DNA of 64,000 nt, from assembly GCA_977017645.1 (NCBI GenBank), contig OZ360233.1:19592001-19656000 (forward strand). Reading direction: 5' to 3'. Below the pieces are notes generated by a model, which did not search any database, had not been told where the DNA came from, and saw only the letters and a list, made by a program, of their open reading frames with translations. Both the position numbers and the translations under genes were made by a program. Every line of letters begins with the position of its first letter. Within the stretch, counting starts at the first letter, position 1. The DNA comes from Torpedo marmorata. Lineage: Eukaryota. Of the stretch, positions 38,520-52,530 are shown in pieces.

Positions 38520-39285
38520 CCAAGATTCAAGAGTCCAGATTCAAGATTCAAGATTAAATTTATTGTCATGTAATAAAGACAGTGCAATATTACACGAAAT
38601 ATGTTTTCGTATGCCGTCAGGCAGACAGTTTCAAAATCGCCAGAAATTGCCCGCAGTGCCTCTTACAGTCAGAGAAGGAGAAGCAAAAGAGAATCGCATC
38701 AGAGTCACCGTGTGTCCATGGATTCGCTTCCCGCGCTCCCGATGCCCCTTCAGCCACAAAGAGTCCAGTCCAAACCATCAGCAGTCCGAGCTCCAGATCC
38801 GAAACTCCGACGCGCCCTCGGCACCCTCTCGCAACTCAAATTTGATACCTAGAACTCCTTCAGTCAGTCATGCGGCAGTCTCCAGCAGTCCTCAGCCCGG
38901 TCTGAAACCCCCGACTGCAGTCGCTAGCAGTCCGCCGCCCGTTTGTTCTTCAGCCTCAGAGCCCCTCCCTGTTTCCCCGCCGTGTTCGTCATCTCGTGGA
39001 TCGTGTCTTCTGCTTCTCCTTCTAAAACGGGGGTGGCCTTCACGTTTTCTCCTACCCCTGCTTCCACAGAGTCTGCAACCCCTCGTGGCTACTGCCGAAC
39101 ATAGGCGCCGCCATCCTGGGCGCAAACCACGCGTTTGCAATATTTTTTAAATAAAACCATCGTCCACTCCATTTGCAGGACGTTTAAAGCCAGTTTGGAG
39201 CTGACGGCAGTCAGACTGGACGGTTAGACACCACGGGAGCGCTGTGACTCTGCTCCGCGCTCTCCGCGGATCGGTCCAGATCTTT
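38520..39285 (-). mobile_element. Unclassified LINE-related interspersed repeat
   Basis: (CAAGATT)n then TTTATTGTCAT tail, a GC-rich body and no recognisable ORF. Confidence 0.5.
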
Positions 39286-39549
39286 TGGAATCTTCTTTCC
39301 AAATCTCATTCTCTCCGGATAGATTCACGAACACATTTGAAGTGATGGGGTAATTGGTATCCCATCAGTACTGTAGTAATCCTCTTGTTAAAGTGGACCT
39401 TTGGTTGTCGGAGACAAACACGAATACAGCTGTACTCAGAGATTTTTAATCACTTTGCAAAGGATGAGAATGACTTTATGGCAAGCAGCAATGCCACGAG
39501 CAGCTAATCTCGCCAAAAGCGATTATGCCTCGTGGCTTACAATCACAGA

Positions 39550-41008
39550 CCAGAGAACACAGATCACTACAGTACAGTACAGGCCCTTCGGCGCTTGATG
39601 TTGTGCCGACCCATATATTCATTAAAAATATTATAAACCCTCCCTACCCCGTAACCCTCTATATTCCTTCCATCCATGTGCCTGTCCTAGAGTGCCCCTA
39701 ATGATTCGGACTCCACCACGATCCCTGGCAAGGCATTCCAGGCACCCACAACGCTCTTTGTAAAAAAACGTACACCTGATGTCTCCGCAATACTTCCTTC
39801 CCTTCATTTTGTACACATGTCCTCTGGTGCTTGCTATTCCTACCCTGGGAAACAGGCGCTGTATGTGCGCGCTATCTATTACTCTCATAATATTGTAGAC
39901 CTCTATTAAGTCTCCACTCATCTTTCTACGCTCCAAAGAAAAAAAGTCCCCTCTCTGCTAAACTTGCTCATATCACTTGTTTTCCAATCCAGGTAACATC
40001 TTGGTAAATCTCCTCTGCACTCTCTCCATAGCTTCCATATCCTTCCTGTAATAAGGTGACCAGAACTTAACACAATACTGTAAGTGTGGTCTCACCAGAG
40101 ATTTGTAGATTTGCAACATGAACTCTCTACTCTTGAACTCAATCCCTCTAATAATGAAGCCCAGCATCCCATAGGCCTTATTAACTATCCTATGAAACTG
40201 TGCTGCGACCTTGAGGGATGTATGGATTTGAACCCCAAGGTCCCTCTGTTCATCCACACTCTTAAGTAACCGACAATTAACCCTGTACTCAGCCTTCTGG
40301 TTTGTCCTTCCAAATTGCATCACCTCACACATATCCGGATTGAAATCCATCTGCCACTTTTCCACCCAACTTTGCATACTGTCAAAATCCTCTTGTAACC
40401 TTCGACAACCTTCAGCTCCATCCACAACTCCTCCAACCTTCGTATCATCCGCAAACTTGCTGACCTATCCCTCCGCCTCTTCATCCAGGTCATTTATAAA
40501 AATCACAAAGAACAGGGGTCCCAGAAAAGATCCTCACAGTACTCCACTAGTCACTGACCACCAGGCCTAATACTTTCCTTTCACTACTACTCTCTTCTTT
40601 CAACCTGCAAGCCATTATTTTTATCCACACCGCAATGGTCAATGTAACCCATGCCTCATGACTTTCTGAACGTGTCTCTCATGGGGTCCCTTGTCAAATG
40701 CCTTACTAGAATCCATGTAGGCCTCATCTATCGCCTTACCCTCATCAATTACTTTTGATACCTTCTCAAAAAGGAAATTAGGCTCGTGAGGCACGGCCTT
40801 CCCTTCACAAAGCCGTGCTGTCTATCCTTGAGTAGACTGTACTCCAAATGCTCATAGATCCTATCCATAAGAATCCTCTTCAATAGTTTGCACAGAACTG
40901 ACGTAAGACTCACCGGTCTATAATTCCCAGGATTCTCTCTATTAACCTTTTTAAACAACGGGACCACATTTGCCATTTTCCAATCCTCAGGCACCTTCCC
41001 TGCGGCCA
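39550..41008 (-). mobile_element. CR1 LINE 3' half
   Basis: 'VPEDWKMANVVPLFKK..NYRPVSLTS' and 'YKSLVRPHLQYCVKFWSP'. Confidence 0.95.
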
Positions 41009-41009
41009 A

Positions 41010-42475
41010 TTATCAATTTTACCAAGACAAAGTGCATTAGAATTATTAGTTACTAATGGGGGTATAAATAAATTTATTTCTCAAATGTATATATTCTTGC
41101 AGAAAAAATGCCTAAACCAGGAATTCATAAATCAAGATTAAAATGGGAATCAGTTTTGAATGTAATAATAGATGAAGAACATTGGCAAGAAATATGTAAA
41201 CAAAATATGACGAAAATTATTAATGTTAGATATTGGTTAGTGCAATACAACTTTTTGCATCAATTATATTTAATGCCTAAGAAACTAAATATATATAATT
41301 CGAGATTATCATATTTATGTTTTGGATGTAATAGAGAGAAAGGCTCTTTTTTGTACATTCTACGTGGCTTTGTCCAAGGATACATGGTTTTTGGATGAAT
41401 GTTAAAAAGTTTTCAAAGTATTAAGAATTACACTCCCAATGAATCCTATGATATTTTTGTTTGGCGATATTAAAAGAATTAGTATTAAAATGAGATTAAA
41501 TATTTATCAAATAGAATTTTTACGTATTGCTTTAGCTGTTTCAAAGAAATACATTGCTATTACATGGAAGTCTGATGTAGATTTAGGGTTAGACAGATGA
41601 CATGCAGAACTTCGATCATGTATACCACTTGAAAAAAGTACTTATAATGTACGTACTAAATACCATTTCTTTTTGAAAATATGGAGCCCATATATAAAGA
41701 CTGTGGGTTTAAGGATTTGAGGATCTCTCGATATCAGGTCTGGCTGGTGAACCTGTGTTCCACTATAAAATTAATGTATATTTGTTCTTCTTTTTAGATT
41801 GACATTCTCCAATTATTGTCATTTTTTCTTTTTTTCTATATTATTAGAGTAGTTAGGGTGGGTGGGTTAGGGAGGGAGAAGTGAGGGAGGGGAGGGTTAA
41901 AATGTATCACATGCATTCTGATAATTTTGTATTTTATAAACATGTATTGTCATGTGATTTAAAATTTTAAATAAAATTTTTAAAAAAGGATGTAATGTCC
42001 TATCTGAGTTTGGAGAAAATTAGATATAATATTAACGATAGAAGTTTCAATTTGTACATATATGGGGGCCCTTCATAGAATATTGTCATGATTGGAAGAA
42101 TTAATAAAGCATATTATCCCGAGGAGTCTTTGTCCGATGCCTGTAGGTCGCTACAGGATCCATATTTCTTCCCGTTTTTTTCTATATAAAGAAAACCTTG
42201 GTTAGAGGGAAGGGTTAGATTAGAATAGTCATTAGCGGTTTTTCATTTTTTTGTTCTTGTGTTTTTCTTTTTATTTTATTTTGGATTGTTATTTTTTTTA
42301 GAATATTTATATGGAATAAGAATTTTAACTTGAATTTAGAACTTGGTTAATATGACTTATTTGTTTTTTTTATACATGTATAAACACCAGATGATTTCTC
42401 AAATGTTTTTCTTAACTTGTTATTCTGTATACATGTTTATTTGTTGAAACTCAATATAATTGTTTTACAAAGAAA
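41010..42475 (+). mobile_element. L1/Tx1-clade LINE 3' fragments
   Basis: 'INVRYWLVQYNFLHQLYL..CFGC', a G-rich 3' UTR and an AATAAA/A tail at about 41970; a second 3' end at 42000-42475. Confidence 0.85.
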
Positions 42476-42845
42476 AGAAACGTCCAGTGAAATTATTTAA
42501 ATTTGGCCTGAATATTGTGCTATATAATGGATACTTATTTTGTACTAGGTTCTATAACCACGAAATAGACAATGACAAATAGCATGGGATTGCATTTGAT
42601 AATTGTGCAGACCTATTCAAATAAATACCGTCTTAATGACGGATATAAAAGTAAAGTAATATTTATGATGGGTAGCATTCGCAATAAATATGCATATGGC
42701 AGTGATGAGAAGAGACAACAAATTAATAAATCAATTGCAATAGCCTTTGCACGAACAGAAATTGGAGGTTAGAGCAAAGAAAGTCGTCAATTAAGCAACA
42801 GTTGGATAAAAATCGGGATGAAATTTCAATGAACATCTTTGGACC

Positions 42846-43832
42846 TTTTTTTTTTTTTTTTTTAAATATTTTATTTAAATTTTTAAATCACAGATTACAT
42901 AAGATAATTTTGCATATAATTCTTAAAAAATACATGTGATTACATTTTCTCCCCCCCTTCCCACCCTCCCCTCCCTAGCCCCTATGTCCCCCTATTCTAA
43001 ATTTTAAAGTAAAATAATAAAAAGAAGAAAAAGAAAAAGAAAAGATAGAAAAATAGAGTGAGGAGTCAATAAAGTTAAAAACTAATATACCTTAGAGGTT
43101 ATTTCGCCGGCGGATCTGATATCCAGAGAATTTACAATGTTAAACCCATAATCCTCATATATGGGCCCCAAATTTTCAAAAAAGAATGATATTTATTTCG
43201 TAAATTATAAGTAATTTTTTCTAATAGTATACATGACCGTAACTCTGCATGCCATCGCTCTAGATTTAAATCAACATCCGATTTCCAAGTAATAGCTATA
43301 CACTTTTTCGAAACTGCTAATACTATACGTAAAAATTCTACTTGATACATATTTAATCTACTTCTAATACTAAATTTTTTAATATCTCCAAATAAAAATA
43401 ACATAGGACCCATTATAACTTCAACATTAAAAGTTCTTTCTAAAAAATTCTTAACTTTCAACCAAAAATCTTCAATTTTTGGACATGACCATGTACAATG
43501 TACAAAATAACCTATTTCAGTTTTACATCTAAAACACATATCTGATAACGCTGGATTGAATTTCTTCAGTTTTTTAGGTGTTAAATATAGTTGATGAAAA
43601 AAATTATATTGTACTAATCTATATCTCACATTAATAACTTTAGTCATACTTAATTTACATAAATCTCTCCAATGATTTTCATCTATATTAACATTTAAAT
43701 CTAATTCCCATTTTAATCTAGACGTATGCGCTCCTACTTTAGACAACTTTCTTTGAAACAATTTATACATTTGTGATATAAACTTATTAACATTAACTTT
43801 AGTAATTAACAATTCCAATTCATTTTGTTTGG
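42846..43832 (-). mobile_element. Younger L1/Tx1-clade LINE 3' fragment
   Basis: 235-aa open frame 'INVRYRLVQYNFFHQLYLTP..CFRC..HCTWSCP' and a poly(A) tail (T-run at 42846). Confidence 0.92.
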
Positions 43833-45295
43833 ACCTCACAATTAAATGAATAAACGTGTGCCATTGTCAGTAATCAAACGAATATTGCAAGACTGGATGA
43901 GGCATAAAAATAAGACAACTACTTAAAGATTCTCCAGCAAGGTATTCTTCCAGACACAGGCCGCCAGTTGGCTATTGTATTGTGTGTAATGAGACAACCA
44001 ATCAATGTCATAATGTTAATGGACAAAGGCACACAATCCGCTTAACATGAGTGTTAAACTGTTCTGATGATTGACTAATATGAAAAATGATATGCAGTAT
44101 TATGTACATAATTGTATTATTTGTGCTCAAACTCGTCCTGAACAGCCCAAAGGTAAGGAAGAGGTGCAGGATACTCGACCTGTTGACAATCAATGAACTT
44201 CAAAACAAAATGATTTCATTGGATGGCGCCCAACTTGTAAAAGGGGTTACAAATATGTCATAATAGTTTTCGATGTGTTCAGGAAATAGTTTGAGGAATT
44301 TACCACAAGAAAAATCACCCGTAATATTAAATAAGGATTTTCAGTTAATTAAACTTTTATTCACTAAGATTATACTGTACTGCAATCTAGGGGAAGACGT
44401 GTTAGCCTTAAGCACAGACAAAGCCCCAGCTTCATTTGGGGCATTATCCACTGCAACGTCGATACGCTGCAAAATAAATTCAATTACTTTCAAACAAAAT
44501 TCTAATTTGTCAACAGTGATATATTGTCTCAAATATGAATGGGACATGAAAAACATTATTCTGTCTACTTACCTTCAATTGACATTCTGCGTCTGCTGCA
44601 CAGATGGGGATCAAACTGGAAATATCGAAGGCCCGAAAATAGAATTAATAGGGAGAATGCATAAATGACTTAGCGGTTCGTGGGCTTTGAAATAAAGGAG
44701 AGGCGTAGAGGTTGAGAGATTCAGGAAGCGAGGGCACGTTGTTTCTTACGGCTGCTGGATTCACAGAAGAATATTATGTCTGCCGAGCACACAAAAATGA
44801 GTGCCCGTTTATTCCATATTTTCCCACATAATTATTGCCTCGGAATGGAGAATCTCTCAGTGGGTAAGGGAAAAAATAATGGCATTAAATTTGATAATGT
44901 CAACGTGTTTATTCGAGAACACATAGGTGTGTCATGGACATCACGAATGCATTTGTTGTTTAAACATTTCGGGACAGGTTGATTGCACGATCCATATTTT
45001 ATATTTTCAAGAACATGGACACCTCGTTGACACAGCGTTCTTGTGCCAAACGTTATCTGTCGGAAGCCCCTGAGAATTTGAAATTTCATCCTGTTAGAAT
45101 TTGAATGAAATAAAATATTTAATCATGTTTCAAGCAAGTTTTCTTAAAAAAAGGGGAGGTTTCATTTTTATACACAGTTTTTGTTGAACGATACAGCTGG
45201 ATCAGCCTAGAAAGAGTGAGGAGTGAGGAAGATGCAACGGACAGTGTGGCTTCATCGTCCTCCTCAATATGTATTAGTATACTCTCTTACCATTT

Positions 45296-45448
45296 NNNNN
45301 NNNNNNNNNNNNNNNNNNNNNNNNNNNNNNNNNNNNNNNNNNNNNNNNNNNNNNNNNNNNNNNNNNNNNNNNNNNNNNNNNNNNNNNNNNNNNNNNNNNN
45401 NNNNNNNNNNNNNNNNNNNNNNNNNNNNNNNNNNNNNNNNNNNNNNNN
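45296..45448. other. Assembly gap
   Basis: Run of N next to (TA)n. Confidence 1.
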
Positions 45449-45462
45449 NTTCTACGATTCTA

Positions 45463-45504
<42 letters not shown>

Positions 45505-45520
45505 CGTAGATAGAATACGG

Positions 45521-47007
45521 TCATATCAACAAATTTGTTTTCTTCCTAATGGTAGTGAATGGGTATTTAAACAAAGTGAGCAGCTCTTCTCTGAACTTCT
45601 TCTGGGTCGCTGTGTAAATAGCTGTGTTTGTGAAGGAGCTGAGCAGCTTCAGCATATTTCCAATCTGCTGAAATATCAATAGAGGGTTGAACCAATTCCT
45701 CGCATAAAAGCTCCCAATATAACCATATAACATTTACAGCACAGAAACGGGCCAGTGCGGCCATAGAATCCATGCCGAACACATTCTGCCACCTAGTCCC
45801 ACTGACCCGCACCCGGCCCATAACCCTCCACACCTCTCTCGTCCATATACCTATCCAACTTTTCCTTACACATTAAAATTGAACCTGCATCTACCACTTC
45901 GGCCGGAAGCTCGTTCCACCCTCCTACCACCCTCTGAGTGAAGAAATGCCGCCTCATGTTTCCTCTAAACTTTTCCTCCTTCAATCTCAATCCATGCCCT
46001 CTTGTTTGAATCTTCCGCTCTCTCAATGGAAAAAGCCTGTCCACATTGACTCTATCTTTACCCTTCATAATTTTAAATACCTCTATCAAATCACCCCTCA
46101 ACCTTCTACGCTCCAGGGAATAAAGTCCCAGCCTGTTCAACCTTTCCCTATAACTCAAACCCAGAAACCCAGGCAACATTCTTGTAAATCTCCTCTGCAC
46201 TCTCTCTATTCTGTTTATATCCTTCCTGTAATTCGGCGACCAAACCTGCACACAATATTCCAAATTTGGCCTCACCAATGCCTTATACAATCTTCAATGA
46301 CATATCTCATGTGCGAGATGTGTGGCCCAGAGAACGATAAAAGTGCTCGATATCGAAAGTAATAAAACAGTGGACAATCTTCGATTACCTATCTCGGCAT
46401 CCTTCGCTCCAGTACCACTTCTCAGGTTCCGTAGGCTCTTGCGAACCCGACTAGCAAATAAAATGCGTCTGACTGTGAGTGCGTTAAACAATAAAATTGA
46501 ACCAAATGGAATCAATGGGGTTAAGAGCTGTTCCGTTCAGGAAAATATAATCCATGTGGGTTTGACGTAAAAATATGTAGTTATAAAGCAGCCCATGGGA
46601 AGTTTTCCAGTTTGCCCAATGACATTAACGTATGCAAAGACCCAAGGAACGTTTTTCTATCCAGAAGGAGGAGCTCATCGTCACGATTACGTACATGGCG
46701 GTTATTTTAGTGCAGTATTTGCTTCTCACATTCTGAGTGGAAATAGCTACAAAACGATCAAAGCTGAAAGCTACCGGTAACCAAACAGAGTAATCGATGG
46801 TAGCGGGAGCCAAGAAGAGAATGAACCTGAAAACCTCATGGTAGAGTAGGAAAGAGTCAAACCAATAAAGATTGGCAATTCGGTTCAGTATTACCTCGCA
46901 GCAAACCACCAAGAGGTCCGCCGTCGCCATGGCCTGGAGTTAACATGCGATGCATTTGGACAGACCACACTTTTATCTGGACAGGATCACAATCGCCATC
47001 ACATTTA
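45521..47007 (-). pseudogene. GPR139/GPR142-like GPCR pseudogene (exon 2), disrupted by stops and a CR1 insertion
   Basis: Acceptor TCCCAG, then 'NVMAIVILSR*KCGLSKCIAC*LQAMATADLLVV', 'DYSVWLPVAFSFDRFVAI', 'LLFNALTVRRIL' and 'TNTAIYTATQKKFREEL'. Confidence 0.92.
45715..46295 (-). mobile_element. CR1 3' fragment inserted in the GPCR pseudogene
   Basis: 165-aa ORF 'YKALVRPNLEYCVQVWSP..RGDLIEVFKI..FFTQRVV'. Confidence 0.95.
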
Positions 47008-47159
47008 CTGGGACAGAAAGAAAAGTAAATCATTATTAATTTTATGGAGAAACGACCCAGGAACTTAAATGAAGTTTCTGACGGGAAGACAGATTATTTA
47101 TCAGGTGATTGATTAATTCCTATTTTGAAGGAGTAAAGGCATGCGCTTGTGTCCATGAT

Positions 47160-48050
47160 TATTTCCTCCAAAAGTGGTAGTAGAATAAAACATAGAATTT
47201 GCATTGAGCGACCTGTGTAAAGAATATTGGAAGTATAATATTCAAGGTTCTCTTTCGATCAAACGATAACTCCGAGTGGTTCCTCACAATGTAAAAGACT
47301 GTGAAAATATAAAATGAAGCGCATTTTAGAGTTGATTCCCGTACGAGTGAATAATTAGCTGAGTCAATTTTCCAGTGGAGCACTGATAATTGCTTTCCAA
47401 AATGAATTGCAAGAATGTAGTTTGGCAAATTATTGCAGTGCGAACGCCATATAGACGTTATGTCTCAGCATTAAAAACAGAGTAAAAAACACTGCAACCT
47501 TCTGAACGGGATAAGGGTTCCAGACACCGCGCTATGCACGAGAAAATCTTCATAGTCGCACTCCATTTGTCTGGAGAATATCGGATCCCGATACTCGGTG
47601 AACCGGGTCCGAACATTAATACTGGAAGTTACACAGTACAGCCCAGCCGTTCATGGACCGTTTGCTCGGAAATAACTACATTTATATGAATAAAGCGTCA
47701 TGCAAATTCGGGTGTCCCAATTCTGTTACAAGTAGGATTGGTATTCAGGTATTTTCTCGGATGATGAAAGGATCTGCATCTAATAAAGCGCCAGATCGAA
47801 AGATCAACAACTGCCTGGAATACTGCAGTAAAAAAAAACATTAAACATTTGGAGAAGCCGGAGAGAGGAACAGTGACAGCCATCCACGCTCAGCACCAGA
47901 GAGATGTGTTGCTTCACTTATCAAAAGCATTACGGTTATCCGAACCCATGGAAGACGCAACATCGGTCACTTCCGTTGGAATGCAGTGCACCAAATATGT
48001 TAACATATTTCGTCTATTCTCTACCGTTATTGTTATCGATATACCCTCTT
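47160..48050 (-). pseudogene. Second, much older GPR139-like exon-2 copy
   Basis: 'AVVDLSIW' resembles 'AATDCSVW' and 'IFFTQVAQCKF' resembles 'TFIYAVTQSKF'. The span of about 0.9 kb fits. Confidence 0.5.
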
Positions 48051-48108
48051 AATTATTCACCCTCTGCCCTTTTCAACACTTCCAATATTCAAGAAGCTAG
48101 TGACCTAC

Positions 48109-48190
48109 CGTGTATATCAATTGCTGCCAGAATTGGGAAGTAAACATATTCTTTCGCCAAGTGAGTGATAATTAGCCTTTCAAACCGTTT
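48109..48190 (-). pseudogene. GPR139-like exon 1 remnant
   Basis: 'EYVYFPILAAIDIH' + G then GTAGG donor (phase 1); compare the family motif 'IYYPILAAIGVP'. Confidence 0.65.
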
Positions 48191-49529
48191 TAAATGCGAT
48201 ATCCGCATTGCGAAATTCCACTTTTGTGAGTAAAACATGATTATGGTTTTTCATATTTATAAGATGGATGAAAGACTAATGGGCAATGAGGTAACTTCCC
48301 TACTGACATTACTTATGGAAGATTGAATAAACAACATTTCGTTCCCACCTGATGTGCATCAATCGCAGTCCACAGCGCAATCAACATTTTAAACTTGAAC
48401 TACCTGTCACCCTGTGAAGAAACGATATGCAAATCACTGAAAATAACTCATGATCTCAATGAGAACGGAAGCAGAACAACTTCAGAAATGTCAAAAAGTA
48501 AGTGGCGGTTTACCTCAATTACGACAGTGCATCACAGACTTGCAACTCATCTTATCTAACTTGTCAACGAATATGTCTGGAGGTTTAATCAGAGTTGAAC
48601 TGCATATTCTCAAATTGGACGGCTAAACACCAAATCAAACAATTCATTTACTGTCAGAACATACACATCTTTATGTTTACAATTGTAAATAATTAAATTC
48701 CCTGCTGAAAAAATATCCCCTTCTCAGTCCTGTTTTTACCGAGGCTACTGTATTATTCATTTGTCATGAGGTTATTCATGAGGTGAAATATATTAAAATA
48801 GCATCATACAAATATATGTATAGACCCCATTCAGTCCAATTGAAATTGCGGCAAGATGTTGCTTCGTGACAACGCTGAAGGTTCTTTATCCACGAAGAGT
48901 GACTCGGTTCACTTTTCTCTCCCTACGAATGTATAGGAGGAATTGCTGAAATCTACAGAACGCACAGCGCCTTCATGCCGCCGATCTTTGTGAAGTGAGC
49001 AGTTGTTTGTACCCGCCTGTTCTGCAGGTTTTTATCTGAGTTAGTCAATTGAAGGCACACATTGTGCTGCAGCTCGATGGAACTTAAAATTCCGACCGCA
49101 GTTAGTTTTTCAACGATAGGACCTCTTTCATAGTTCAATGTGACCTGACAATTCGGACGAATACACAGAAAACAAGGCCGTGTCACTCAAATGAAGCTCC
49201 CTCACACTGAGACCCGAAACATAAAGAATTGTTAATTTCACAAGTGAATCAATCACCAATATTATTTACTATTTCTTGGCTGTTAAATGAACATCTCCAC
49301 GCGGTTCGCTTTGGGTCGCTGTCGAGATTCTGGTATTAGCAACTATGACTGAGCGAAATTGCGTTGTTATGTTCGACGCCGTTTCTGGGAGCACAGGCGA
49401 CTGGTCGTTCGACACAGATTGAATAGTTTTGTTTAAGCTTGACTGTTGCCGAAATAAATCCATGTTTGCAATATAACCTATTGATTTTTAAAACCAAATG
49501 TTAAGTAGACGAACCTTTTCAAGAGAATG

Positions 49530-49805
49530 AATTTTAAATTTTAATTTTTAAATTTAAATGTAGACATACATCATGGTAACAGCCGCTTTCGGTCCATTAG
49601 CACGTGCCGCCCAATTACACCCAATTGACTTACACCCCCGGTACATTTTGAAGGGTGGGATGAAACCGGAGCCCCAGGCGAAAAGCCACGCCGACACTGG
49701 GAGAATGTACAAGCTCCTTACAGACAGCTCGGGTTTGGAACTCCTGTCCCGATCGCTGGAATTGTAACAGCATTGCGGTAACTGCTACGCTAACCGTGCC
49801 GCCGA
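49530..49805 (-). mobile_element. tRNA-derived SINE
   Basis: Same family, with an (AAATTT)n tail. Confidence 0.8.
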
Positions 49806-49929
49806 TGAATTGAAAACCAATAGCAATCTTGGAGATCAGAACGATTGCGTGTGTTACAGTTCCGACGATTGTTTCATTCAACCTCTCTTTCGTGCAATGT
49901 AATCGAAATAATCATTGGATATAATACTC

Positions 49930-51778
49930 AAACCAGAGGCACCGAGATCAAATGTTTCACGACCAGGGCTAACGTGAAACCATGGTTGGATGCAGAGGTC
50001 CGGGCACTTCTCAGGCGAATGTGACAAGTGTTCAAGACGATAACAGGTCACAAGAAAACCTTGTGCGCGAAAGAAAACGACGCCTCCCGTCTGGGCAGAC
50101 TGAACATCCTACATGAACGGTTTGATTGGAAGCACAGGCTGACGCCGAAGAAAGCTTCGTTTCGCCCAGTTGAACTGGATCTATGCATAGTCGCGGCCGA
50201 GGTGAGGAGACGCTACCCAATGTGAAAGCACACAAGGCAGCGTGACGAGAAAACATCCCTGGTAGGGTACTGTAGGACTGTGCAGACCAGCTGATTGAAG
50301 TATTTACGGACATCTTCAAAACTTCACTGCAGTATTCGATCCTCTCCGCGGCTTGCAATACAGCTGCCGCCATCCCGGAACGAAAGAGGGCGACAGTAAC
50401 AGGCCTCAACAACTGCCGCCCCGTCCACCATTATGATCGACTCTTGACGGATCTCATCAAAGCGCACGTTCCAGAGACACAAGACCCATTTCACATCGCC
50501 AATAGACTAAGTCGTTCCACGGATGATGCTTAAGTCTTGTCCATCCACTCCGTGCTGACCCACCTGGAGAACGAGCCTGCAGTTCATCGACCAGCTCGGC
50601 GTTTAATACGATAATGTACCAGAGGCTGGTGGAGAAACTGTCTTCTCGGGGACTCAAAAACTGTCTCTGTAACTGGATTCTGTACTTCCTGGCCGAAAAG
50701 GCCCAGTCTGTCCAGATCGGTAGCAGAACGTCAAGCACTGGCGCACCTTAGGAATGTGTACTCAGCTCGCTCCTGTTCATGCTACGGATCCACGACTGCA
50801 ACGCCGGATTCAGCTCTAACAGTCAAAAAAGTTGCAGATGACACAAAAGTGGTATGACTCTTCAGCGACAACGAAGAGTCGGACAACGGAGAAGAAGTGG
50901 AAAATCTCGTGATATGCGAGAATAACAACCTGAGTCTCAACTTGGACAAGACGAAGGAGATGATAGTAGACTTCAGCAGGACCAGGACTGAACACTCTCG
51001 GCTACACATTAATAACTTCGTAGTGGAGACAGTCGAGAATACCAAGTTCCTGGGAGTCCACCCAATAAGTATTCTATCCTGGACACACAGCATTTCATAA
51101 ATTATCAGGAAAGAGCAACAGTGACTGCACTTCATGACAAAGACTGAAGCGTGCAAGGCTACCGGCCACCATAATGTCAACCTTGCACACGAACTCGATC
51201 GGGAGCGTCGTGGGCCGCTGCATCATAGTGTGGTACGGTTGCTGTTGAGAATTTGATAGGAGGTGAATACACCGGATCATAATAATGGCAGAGAGGATCA
51301 CTGGTATCTCCCTCCCTCCCATTGACCTGATCTACCGGGATCGTTGTCTGAAGAGGCCTCGAATAATCCTTGAGGACTCAACCTACCGCGAATACAGCAT
51401 ATTTCAGCTTATGCCGTAGGGAAAGTGATAGAGGAGTATCAGAGGTAGCATCAAAAGACCGAGAAACACCAACTTACCACGGGTAGTTAGAATGTTGAAT
51501 GAGGTGAGGAACGCAGCATATTTCAGCTACATCCCTCGGGAAAGTGATATTGGAGTATGAGGTAGCATCAAAAGACTGAGAAACAGCTACATACTACGGG
51601 TAGTTAGAATGTTGAATGAGGATATGAACTGCGCACACGAATTTGTTAATGGTATATTGTCCTGCAAAATGTTTGCTGGTCTGTATGTGTGCTTGCATGT
51701 TTTGCACCGAGGACGGGAGAACGCAATTTCGTCTGGTAGTAATTGTGCAATCGGATTTCAATAAACTTGAACTTGAGC
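49930..51778 (+). mobile_element. Degenerate Rex1/Babar LINE with an internal ~118-bp tandem duplication
   Basis: 'NNLSLNLDKTKEMIVDF' and 'KFLGVH'; duplicated block at 51396-51502 and 51514-51620; (AACTTG)n tail. Confidence 0.88.
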
Positions 51779-52209
51779 GTGCATCAAATCAGAACTTAAA
51801 ACCTTGAATGACCAAAGGAAAATAAATGTCCTTGACCCCCATCGGTTTTTTCCGAGTTTGTGCAAGGCAAACCATTCAAACAATGATACAGCCTCACCTG
51901 TTCGATGTTTCTAACTATTGTATTGCTTCTTAGCATATAGCCATCGAACTGTACAATACATTTGTTGTCTCATCAGTAGTGCCAATCTAATTTACAATCT
52001 GTTTTCTGGATTCTGAGGCAGCTGCACTAAATAGTTCTTGGACATGTGAGGCATTAAATCGTTCATGGGCATGTGCGGCACTGGGATGGAATTGAAGAAA
52101 TTTCTGCAAAATGTTTCGCCGTATTTTCATGTAAAACGTCTTTCACTTGCAGTTCAATAAATGCAAACGTAATTCAATGTGTTAAAAAGAATGTCCGACA
52201 AATTAATTC

Positions 52210-52530
52210 GAGAGGAGTGAAGACATTTTGAAGTTTTGCCTTTAAAAGTCCTGCTCGTATGACACAATTCACAGAATAAATCGAGCGTAATTGTAATGAA
52301 TGCTTCCCATTGTGCAATGATCTCGTTATTACTCCCGGAGTCATCTTAGTCTTCGAACATATACATTTTGGCAAAAACTGATGAACTTCCTGTGCGTCTT
52401 TAAGCTCCAGATGGTGTTGAATTGAGATCTACCAATTTCGTATGATCTCACAATTAGTTCCATTTAAATCACTCCTGCGTGGAATTGTTCGGGGTATGGG
52501 CAAGATTTCCTCAAAATGCTTCCTGTCTGT
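52210..52530 (-). pseudogene. Possible decayed Ig C1-set exon
   Basis: 'EILPIP..GTNCEII' followed by 'QWEAF..LFCELCHTS', fitting the W...YxCxVxH pattern. Confidence 0.3.

Noticed and set aside
38563-39150. 195-aa Pro/Ser-rich ORF
   Set aside because: It lies inside a GC-rich interspersed repeat and is probably a chance frame.
44800-45095. Minus-strand segment with an acceptor and 'NTLTLSNLMP' (V-like)
   Set aside because: No recognisable Cys, Trp or YYC framework.
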